Under the pieces are notes generated by a model. That model made no database searches. It saw nothing but the letters and a program-made list of their open reading frames with translations, and was not told where the DNA came from. Of a DNA stretch of 64,000 nt, positions 53,033 through 62,584 are shown in pieces. The position numbers were made by a program, and so were the translations under genes. Each line of letters opens with the position of its first letter. Positions within the stretch are counted from its first letter, which is position 1. The DNA comes from Basidiobolus meristosporus CBS 931.73 (taxonomy: Eukaryota; Fungi; Basidiobolomycota), in NCBI GenBank assembly GCA_002104905.1, contig MCFE01000011.1, positions 197,330 through 261,329 of the forward strand, written 5' to 3'.

Positions 53033-54071
53033 GTTTATATTTATCCCAGGATTGACTTTCACAGTGAGTAACAAGGAACTAAAGAGAGCCAGTGGGTAAG
53101 TTGCAGTACAATAATTGAGTAGGAAACAATGGCTTTAAATATTCTGTATTGTAGCCCCTTACTTTTTTCCTAAATCCATGAAATCGGCGCTTAAAGCAGA
53201 CCTCAACCTATAGAATCGTGCTTGAACAGGATACTTCGAACTATGTGTAGCATTCTCTCAATATCTGAAATATATCCAATACCGTCTCGCATACAAAATA
53301 CATATATCATAAGTGAAAATGAGCTCAGCATGAACTTTGGGCTAGTCGTCACTTGGTACCGGGTATACATTAATTCTATTCGCTCCCCTACAATACTCAA
53401 TGTGACCTTTGTTGATCCAAACAGTCAACGAATTAGAGACCATAATACATACAGCAACCTTGAGGGTACCTGCCTCATATAATTTGATAATAGTGCTGCA
53501 TTTCAGCGGGATCATTCGATAGGATTTGGGTTTCTACATACGGTACTTGCGGTAATCCAAGGTGGCTTCGGTATACAACCCACGATTTGTGAGCGGATTC
53601 CGCTCAGCTCACATGAGCCAATATGAATCACTGTGTTAACTGCGCTGCAATTAGTCCAAATTGTGCTATCACCACCTCGAATCAACCTATATGCCGATTT
53701 AAATGGTACCGTCCTTGGTAATCAATTGAAAATCTGAGCATCAATGGTTATATATGTCCTGGTCAACATCACTTTGCTCAGAAATCACCAATACCATTAG
53801 CATTGCGGCCAATAGTATGTGCACTGGAAGATATCATTAACTAATCAATGATAAACTAATTTTGAACCATCACCTCAGCCAAGGAGAAATTGATCATTAT
53901 GAATGTTCTAAAATTAGCCAAAAGCTAAAATACTTTATTGCTATACTAGGCTGTATACTGGTGGGAAATATTCAGGATATATCATGCGCATAAAGGCACG
54001 TGATTTAGTGTATACGGAATGTGTGAATGCTGACCCTTGCCAACGAGGCAAAATGATGTTTGCAGCTCCAT

Positions 54072-54618
54072 TTAGAAATAGGTTTTATAGATCATGAAAA
54101 GAACTGCAAATGAGATAGGTAGAACCAGTCTAGAGGCCAGGCTATATATTAAAGATACTGTTAGTCTTTTTATAGAGAAATTCCAAAGTCACTACTATAT
54201 CTTACCTTGGCTCATTTTCCCTGAGAGGTGCACTATTCACAGGAGGTACAATGGTTTTTTTAGGTGAGTCCTGTTAGATGGTTAATGCTAATTCATAGAG
54301 ACATCTCAAGTTATAATCATACCCCAGCCGCCATTTCTCCAACCAACATATCAGTCAACATGTTTCTGGCGTCTTCCGAGTGACCAACATCGACGAAAGC
54401 CTCTGTGGCATCTAATCCTGCTTGCTCAAGAATAACTTCCTCACCTCCTGGATGCTTCATATAAAGGGTTAATACGATAAACGCCTGCTGAGTTCCAGGA
54501 GCCAACAAACCTCGTCGAGAAACTTGGTTACATCATAGACCTTCCCGTCAATAGCAAGCCAAATGTCGGACTTGGTGGCGTGAGTGGTAAGTTCTTCAGC
54601 AGAAATAGTCTTGGACAT
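54072..54618 (-). CDS. CYB5: Cytochrome b5, tail-anchored, 4 exons
   Basis: [17 protein letters not shown]|[29 protein letters not shown] with both heme His; last exon encodes a TM anchor ([18 protein letters not shown]). Confidence 0.95.
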
Positions 54619-56370
54619 GGCTGTGCGAGTTGCAAGAGGTATGAAGAAAGAGGAAAAGGAGGTTGAGGAAATCAGCAGTAAGTAGAAATGAAGCTAATAT
54701 TTATTGCCACTATCGGTCAGGAACCCCAGAGAATTACCAAATACGGGACCGTCAATAATATAACGGTAGAGAAGCTAGGATATTTCCGCATAATATTCGG
54801 AGTGCATAGAATTATTGCATGGGTGGAATTTAGAGGGTCGAATGTTTCAACTGTTGATAGGTAAAAATAAAGGGACAATCCATTCCATTGCTGGTTATTG
54901 TGAAACAGATATTGCACTTCTGAGCCCTTATCCAACGAAGCATCAAGGTTTACTACACACATTTATTTCTTTGGGGTTAGGATGGATATTTCCCACCTTT
55001 TACAGATATGCAAAAATCACGAGATTGGATAATATGTAAAGCTACATCAAATTTGGGAAGATCCGTGGCTGGCGGAGTGCTGAGAGACGGTTGTCCCATA
55101 TTTGCGTATCCACAAATGACTCATAGTTTGGCGATCCCGATCCCCATGAGTAGTTTCTGCTAATTCCAGGACAACTAACGTCAATTAAATCTAGTGAAAA
55201 GTTATGGAACTTCTCACTCAGACCTACGGCTTAGTTTAGGCGGATTGAACGGAGTATTCCCTTCATTAATTCCTGTTTCTCCAAGTGGGCATAGCACATG
55301 TAGTTCTTTATGGTCCTACCCTTAATGACGATCTTTCACATGGCCATGTGAGTGCAGGTCTGCTAAGTGAATCACAAGGCGCTCAAGTAGTTATTATTGA
55401 AACAAGTGTCAACCCCAGATAGGCAAAAGTAAGGGTTGGGCCATCTATATGCTGACACTTAGCTCCCAAGATCGTGGTTTTAAAGCAATACGATGAGTTT
55501 GTCATGAAGGCTGCGAAAAATCAATATTGATCTTAATCACACAACAGTGGAGCTTATACATCATCAAAAAAACGTTGACTCAGGCAGTAAGAGCTCAATC
55601 GGTTGCTAGAATCGCAACTCATACCATCTTGCACCCTACTGCTGATGTTCTGGGTGTATTGCTCACGATTCGGCCATTTCAAATGAGAAAATTGATGATA
55701 TATTAGATGTCCCGCCGAAACTCAAATTGGTTAGATGAGCAGAGGCCATCATAAATCCCCAAGTTAAACTAGAGTAAGGTTTGGGTTATGAGCATGAATC
55801 TAAGATAATGCATCACGGAAGCAAAACTAACAAACCATAAAGGCTACTTCATACAACTAATGCCGATTGTAAACTGTTTTAAAGCTTACTTTGGTGATTT
55901 CGGGAGAATCGCGTGACTCTATTAAACTCGCTTTGGATGCATGTGGTTTGTATTTCGCATCAAACCAATACATAATTTTAAAGACTATCAGCAAGATGTA
56001 TTAGCTTGGAGCTATTACAGGCTAGAATAATAAACGGGGCGCATATGAAGGCTCCTACTCCAAACGCGAGTTGGAAATCTCCGTGTTTGGCAGGTGACCA
56101 TGCGAAATGTTTGAAATTACGGAGGTTTTGTTCGTTTCGCGTAGTTCGGATATTAATGCTCGGTAACAGTTTGGTGGTGCCGGGGAATTTCTCCATACTT
56201 TCAGCTGTTGGTGGAGGCAGTATATATAGCCATTGTTGCGTCAAATTTCTCATGTTCATTTTTTTATAGATTCGAGTCGCCATATTCATTTAAGCTCAAC
56301 CCTTGGCCGTAGCATCTAATTGCCTTCAAAATATTCACTAATTCTTCAGATACTTGGACCACCATCAAGA

Positions 56371-56910
56371 ATGCTATTACGAAATTTGACCATAATCGGA
56401 GTCTTACTTTTAGGTATCCAAGCAGAGCCTGTTGAAAAAACTATAGTGCTCTCTCAGGCCAGTAGCAGTGTCAAAAGCATTACTCGCGATCGCATAAAGA
56501 ACCGGTTCCGCTTTACCAACCACAACAAGGCCACCACAGATTCTCTCTATCTTGAGTTTCGCTTCAAAAATGGTCAGTGTACTGACTGGGCGGATGCCAG
56601 ATATTATCAGCTGAGTGGATATCATACAGAATGGTGGGGAGATGCTCGACTCTGGCCTGTGAAAGCAGCAAAAACTACCGGCTGGGTTGTTTCTAATAAA
56701 CCCAAAGTGCCTTCCCTGATAGTAATTCAACCGAACGTCCAGAATTGCGGAGTAACAGGGCATGTGGCAGTCGTGGAAGCAATCAATGCAGATGGCTCAG
56801 TTCACACATCCAATTACAACTGGAAAGTTGGCAGGCGTGGAGGTCCTTATGTGAAAACATTTACTACCTTCAAGCCTGGGCCTGGGGTCAAATTTATCTG
56901 GCATAGCTGA
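56371..56910 (+). CDS. Secreted CHAP-domain (cysteine, histidine-dependent amidohydrolase/peptidase) protein, intronless
   Basis: Signal peptide MLLRNLTIIGVLLLGIQA; GQCTDWA (catalytic Cys), WGDARLW, GHVAVVE (catalytic His), SNYNW. Confidence 0.9.
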   Translation: MLLRNLTIIGVLLLGIQAEPVEKTIVLSQASSSVKSITRDRIKNRFRFTNHNKATTDSLYLEFRFKNGQCTDWADARYYQLSGYHTEWWGDARLWPVKAAKTTGWVVSNKPKVPSLIVIQPNVQNCGVTGHVAVVEAINADGSVHTSNYNWKVGRRGGPYVKTFTTFKPGPGVKFIWHS

Positions 56911-58433
56911 ACCAGGCAAGAATCAGGAGTGATGGAGATGGTCACCATGGCCAGATAGCCTTCCCATGATCTAATACACCTGATCCTTTAGATCGCTGAA
57001 TTTCTTATTTATACAATGAACAGGATTCAACTAGACATAGAAAATGGGAGTGCCCTCAACTTCCAACCAGCAACTAATATGCCATGAAAGAATATTTTTG
57101 ATACTAATAAATCAATACTGATCTACCGGAGAGTGCTGACCAGTTCAATTCTTACCATTCCTGCTTGTCGATGCCATTGATAGATGGTATCTGCTTGGAT
57201 TGATATCTCGTGTGATAGCCCAGATCATGGAGTCAACTAGCGTTGAGGATTTTGCTGAAGAAGTTCAGCACTGAAAACATATCTATAAAAGGGTATGTTG
57301 CCATCGATAACAAGGGGATACGTTTGTAATTGCTTATGCATACGATGAAACCATCAAACAGAGCCTACTGGTTAAGCTGCACATATAACCCAACATTGAT
57401 AGAGGCCCCAAAGAGTCACTCGATAATAGCGGTGTTTCAAGGGGATGTACAATGGAGCAGCAAACGCACTCACACACGACAATTGTTTCGTGACCAGCTT
57501 GTTAATGTGCCAAAAAAACACTCTACTTTCACACGGTGGATACACAGGTGGAGTAATATAAACCAAGCCAAGTTTGATACCAGGAACAGAGTAGAAACAC
57601 AAGTGTAGCGATGCGAGCCCTAGTCATTTACCTTGGTGCGTAAAGTATGCAGCTGGCTGTAAAAGCATACTGGAAGTATGCTATCCAATAAAACAGATTT
57701 CACCAACATACTTAATGGTATCATTTCAAGTTATATGGACATCATTTAAGCTGAAGCAAAAGCGATAGACGACTTCTACTATTTCAGAAGTATATAATGT
57801 TGGATACTGTACATTGTTCCCTAATAAATTAGTGTGTATGGCGAAAATAAATATTGGTGTTGCTAGTATACTGGGTGCATCCGAGTGCCAGTAGCACAAA
57901 GACACACAATGGGATGCTCCTCATGTACATCCAAGTGTTCCAATTTGTGACCAGTATTAATGTTGAATATTTCGCCAAGAGATAGAGAGAATATAATATC
58001 AATTTTGAATATGGGCAACATATTGACCTTATTAACTGCAGGTTTATCGGAGTTGCTTGGGACGATATCCAATATAGAAATAAGGTCACAGAATATTGTC
58101 ATAAATGCAAAACATTGAGTGTAAGGAAAATAGATTCCAATAGTCGTTTCCGCAGTTGGTTTGGGATTGATTCCACACAATCTTATTGGCCCTTTCTCTC
58201 ATTCGTGAACAATTATCCGATTCAATAATTCATCGGTACCAATTTTACATGGAGCTTGAAGGGTTAAAACACATGCTTGGCAATTATTTCTTGGCAAACT
58301 ATCAAGGAACATAAATATATAAACGTTGAGCTCAAATTCTGTGTAATTGCATTGTGGAGCCTAATTTGCACAAAATCTCTTAGTTACTCCATTGCTTGCT
58401 AGCTTATCACATTTAACATATCGCAGAAATAAT

Positions 58434-59546
58434 ATGTCAGAGAAAGTTGCTCAAAGTGAAGTCAGCTACCGCGTTTCAATGAATATGGATCCTCCACCAC
58501 CGTACACTCTCATAGATGAACAGACTATTGTTCACGACACTACCAGCGGTCAGGTGCTTTACAATCCTGGCCAGTGCTCCGCCAACATGGACAGCAATCG
58601 TCAAGTTTGCACTATTGAGTCTACCAGTTTGGTACTAAGCCTTGGCCAAAGTATTGCCAATATTCGATTGGAAAAGCCCACCATGGAGTCGCAGAATTTC
58701 GTTGTTACATTTCCCGGGATGCTTACAAGTACTGCAACAGCAGCTATGAAGAAGAAGGGAAACAAGATTAGTGTCGATAACGTGCTGACGCCGTGCACTG
58801 TACATATTCTTATCCCTTCTGTAAGTTCTTCATCCAAAGTGCACATAAATTTGAAGTCTACACAGGCCACAATATCTTCTCAAACATCAGCGGTAGATTT
58901 GGAAATACAAAGCAAAAATTCTCCAACACATCTTGCCCACGTTCTAGCAAACAGCTTACAGTTGAGATCGGAAAACTCGAACGTCAAGCTGGAAAATATT
59001 GAGTGCAGGAATCTCAAGCTGATAATGGAAAGGTCAACAGCTAACATGTCTCACCTGAAGGCTGCAGAAATGAGCTTCAACCTGGAAAGAGCCCCAACAC
59101 TTGCCACTTGCGTTGCAAGTGACTACATAGTTGTTCGCGCTAACCACACCAGTACTGAGTTACACGATATCAACGCTAATCGGATGGAACTCATCCTCGA
59201 TCATTCCAAAATTGATGGTGCTTTATTAACATCTGATGAGATACACATGATTATTGACCATGGTAGCATGATATCACAGGTTCAAGCCAAATCAAAGGAA
59301 TTCAAATTTGACTGCACAGCTGATCATTCGAATTTACATTTGGATTATATGAAGGAATTCAAGGGAGAGCTGAGTTTCAAGTCGGATCATGGTCAATTTC
59401 ACTATCCCATATTGCCAGAATCCAAAACTCAGGTGCGCCAAGTATATGCTCATTCTAAATATTCTACGCACTTGACGTTTGGTGAAATGAAGGATTTCAT
59501 CAAGGTTCGTGCTGATCATGGAAAGACTGCAATAACTTTCCATTGA
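58434..59546 (+). CDS. Hypothetical protein with PPPPY motif and beta-repeat (DUF4097/adhesin-like) C-terminus
   Basis: ~370-aa ORF; recurring ~20-aa units (e.g. LQLRSENSNVKLENIEC, IVVRANHTSTELHDINA, IKVRADHG). Family call is pattern-based only. Confidence 0.6.
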   Translation: MSEKVAQSEVSYRVSMNMDPPPPYTLIDEQTIVHDTTSGQVLYNPGQCSANMDSNRQVCTIESTSLVLSLGQSIANIRLEKPTMESQNFVVTFPGMLTSTATAAMKKKGNKISVDNVLTPCTVHILIPSVSSSSKVHINLKSTQATISSQTSAVDLEIQSKNSPTHLAHVLANSLQLRSENSNVKLENIECRNLKLIMERSTANMSHLKAAEMSFNLERAPTLATCVASDYIVVRANHTSTELHDINANRMELILDHSKIDGALLTSDEIHMIIDHGSMISQVQAKSKEFKFDCTADHSNLHLDYMKEFKGELSFKSDHGQFHYPILPESKTQVRQVYAHSKYSTHLTFGEMKDFIKVRADHGKTAITFH

Positions 59547-59791
59547 AAGCTCTAGTATTTTACAGAAAACTAAAAAGCAATGTGATGCTTGGGGATGACA
59601 TATGTAATTAATAAACTATCATTTATTCTCATATAAGCAATATTACTTATGTATATTTTGAAGTAAGCAATTCAACAGTAACTAAGTCAAGATTAAGTTT
59701 GATTAAATCTACAATGCTAAGATGCTAGCACAGAATTTTCACCCAACTGCAGAAACTTAAGTTCAGATAATAGATTTTGTTGCAAAAGTTT

Positions 59792-59836
59792 GTAATTGCA
59801 CCTAAATATTTACCTAGCTTGGTCACTTGGATCATT
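59792..59836. repeat. Degenerate dispersed repeat, copy 3, abutting the broken RT
   Basis: gtaattgcacctaaatatttacctagcttggtcacttggatcatt; homology to 42058 ends where the LINE reading frame stops (59835). Confidence 0.7.
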
Positions 59837-61990
59837 ACCTAAGTATGACTGCATATTCCAAGGAGAGGCCAGGAACAAAGCCAAACTGTGCAGGAAGAAA
59901 CTTGAGGGAGTCAGAGTAGAGCTCCTGAGCAAGCAGAAGCTCAAACACCTTTCTGCAGGTGGGCAGCAGAGATATTGGCCTGTAGGAGCTAGGATCCAGG
60001 TGCTTTCCTTTACCCTTGTACAGTGGCAGTACATTTGCAAAGGACCATTCCTCAGGAGTAGAAAGCTGGGCTGAGCATTGCTGAAACAGTGGAAGCAGAA
60101 GTGCAGACATGGCCTTGGTACTAGTCTTCAGAAGCTCATAGGAGATTGTGTCCACACCTGGAGCAGTAGAGTTGGGAAGCCTCTTGAGCACATTATGGAT
60201 TCTCCCTTGATCAAGTGCAAGTGGGATGGGCAGAGTCTTGAAGTCAGGATGAAAGCCAGGAGTTGAGTACTGCTTTGTAGAGAAGAAGATGTTAGCCAGC
60301 TGTTCTGTCAAAGGTAACTTCCTGGAAGAGGGCCTCATTGCCCTGTAGAGTCTTGATACTGTTCTTGTTATAGAGTTGGAAGATTGCAGAGGCAAAGAAC
60401 TCATAATATGAACCCAGAGCTGAGTATGCAGAGTGTGGTGAATTGCCTTGGAGTGGTGTATTGCTGTCAGGAGGAGTTTCTCTGTTTTTGGGTTAGGGAA
60501 ACTCAGGTAGCTTTGTTGCAGGGCTGAAACAATGGATTCCCATTTTCTTGAGGTAGTCTTGCATGGTAGTGAGAGGGAGGCAGACACCAGAATCAGATGC
60601 TTCACAAAGAGCCAGGCAAAGTTGAGATCATCTGGCAGAGAAAGTAGCAAACTGGCAAGCTTCAAGTAGTTCCCAAAGTCTTTCTTCTGATTCTTGGTAG
60701 CTTTGTGGGTGAGCACAGTAAGTTTTGGCAGCTTCTTCTTCACAACTGGTTGCATAGAAAGGGACCAGGCTGGGTGGTCAGAGGCTCTCAAGGATCCTAG
60801 CTCAGCTCCAGAGAATTGCTTAACTTCATTCACAAAGTAGAGGGCAGCAGCAGAAGGGCAGATCCAGTCAACACATCTTTTCTCAGATTGAGCACCTAGT
60901 GCTAGCAGATGGCTTTCTCTCAGGAAGTTCAGTAGGAATGTAGACCTTGGCTTCATTCTTGCAGTCAGAGTAGTCTGGTTCTCAGGATGGGGAATGTTGA
61001 GATCTCCAAGCAAGATAATAGGTGTTGATATAGATTGCTGGTATTGCTGAACTTTCTGGAATATAACTTGCACTTCCTGAAGGGCAAGACTTGGAGGCAG
61101 ATAGCAGAGCACCAGACTGATAGTTGGCAACTGGAGAGCAGCACAGTAAGGGGAGTAAAGAGGAACACAGAGCTGAGGAGTATTGATGGTAGAAGAGATG
61201 AAGCAGATAGAGGAGGTATTCTTTGTTCTAGTAGTAGAAAAGCAATATAGATTAGTCAAAAGTATAGAGGGCAGCTGGACATCAATCAAACACAGGAGGG
61301 AAAATCTTGAAAGAAGTCTCTCTAGAGTTGTTCTTGATGGCTGTATGCTGTTGCAGTTAAGCAACAGAACTTCAGGTAGTCAGGCAGAGGTTGTAGCTTC
61401 TTCTGAGGCAGCATTGATAATGTGACCTGCAGAGTCCCAGAGCTCTTCAAATGGTGCATCACTTAAGTCAGCAAGGAGGGAAATGGCATGATTCTTGAGG
61501 AAGTATGCCACATCATAGGAGGGGGCTTGTCTCTTGATGGCAGCAAAGAAAGACAGAATGGCAACATGGGCTGGAGGCTTGTTGAACAGTAGAGAGTCAG
61601 AGGATTCAGATTCTTCAGGCACTATCTTGAAGTCAGTTTTCAGCCAGTTAAGGTTCTTCTCCACAAAGGCAACAAATGGGTCAGCAATGTTTTGGTCTAG
61701 GATAACCTCCAGAATCTTCCCTTTTCTCCAGGCCAGGTTGACAATTCTTGAGAGCTGAATATTGCATGCCTTGAGTGCTTTCCTGATGTTGGAAATGGGG
61801 GTCCAGGGAACTTGCTTCAAGTACACCACAGTCCAGGTAGAAGCTGGTGGTAGGTTTGCTGGGGCTTGTAAGTCCTTCTGTGTTGCAATGGAGCTGCAGT
61901 AGTCAGATTGGAGTCCACATTCTCAGTAGAAGGTTTTCTTGATGTGTCTTGCTGAATAGTACTGGAGCTGGATGTGCTGATAATTCTTGC
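59835..61990 (-). mobile_element. Non-LTR retrotransposon fragment (unit D): ORF1-like region, APE endonuclease and N-terminal RT; truncated at both ends
   Basis: APE motifs LNCNS, ILLGDLN, VDWI, SDHP; RT motifs APGVDTISYELLK, PLYKGKG...YRPISLL...KVFE, QFGF. The frame ends just after QFGF; the 5' side is cut and joined to (TTAGGG)2. Confidence 0.92.
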
Positions 61991-62002
61991 TTAGGGTTAG
62001 GG
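61991..62002 (+). repeat. Telomeric repeat linker (TTAGGG)2
   Basis: ttagggttaggg between unit D and the 3' end of unit C. Confidence 0.9.
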
Positions 62003-62570
62003 GGGAGACAGTCACCAAGAGGTGAAATCTTTATTTCAGTTGAAACAAAGAAGCCAGTGCTACTGTTGTAGCTTTGATACAAGAGTGTGTAGCTGAGGGG
62101 AATTTGTAGGTAAGTTAATAAGAAGTGATGATAGTTCTTCAGTGCTCAAGACACTGTTCAGTGGGAAGGGGGGTAGCAAGAGAGGTAAGAATGACTTGTG
62201 AACAACATTAATGAGGGGAACGTGATAAGGATTGATATTCATCATAAAGGGAGTGTGCTGCTGCAGATATTGCTGCCAAAGGTCTGTCAAGTACTTCAGG
62301 TAGGCCAGCTTGGGTTTTTCTGACTGCAGAATAAATTCAGCAAACTTCTTGACTTCAGGATCTCCAAGTATAGTTCTCCAGCAGGAGCCAGGTGTTGTGC
62401 GGTGTGTTCTCTTCCAGGCCTTAATCAGTGGGTTGTTGCAGTTGTGAAGTCTGAGGTATAATCTGGTTCTAAGATAGAGAAGTCTGATCTTATAGGGCAT
62501 AAGCCCAAAAGCACCAAGAATAGCATGTCTGTAGGGGCATTCAGGCAAATGAGGCACCAAGGAGGTAATG
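62003..62570 (-). mobile_element. 5'-truncated LINE copy (unit C): 3' end of ORF2 plus 3' UTR
   Basis: About 98% identical (11 substitutions counted) to 63105-63672; diverges from unit A exactly after ...ggaggtaatg, where telomeric repeats begin. Confidence 0.92.
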
Positions 62571-62584
62571 GGTTAGGGTTAGGG
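62571..62584 (+). repeat. Telomeric repeat linker GG(TTAGGG)2
   Basis: ggttagggttaggg between the unit C truncation point and the unit B tail. Confidence 0.9.

Noticed and set aside
55336-55351. Perfect 16-bp palindrome TCACATGGCCATGTGA
   Set aside because: About one such palindrome is expected by chance in a window of this size; no supporting context.
55978-56289. 103-aa ORF divergent from the CHAP gene
   Set aside because: No recognisable motif, and an overlapping antisense ORF of similar length; cannot support as a gene.
57863-58180. ORF ending PIVCLCATGTR, reminiscent of a rhodanese active-site loop
   Set aside because: Non-ATG start, no other convincing rhodanese motifs, AT-rich; too weak to call.
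60490-60498. gggttaggg inside LINE ORF2
   Set aside because: Encodes F-P-N-P in the open frame with no junction; coincidental.
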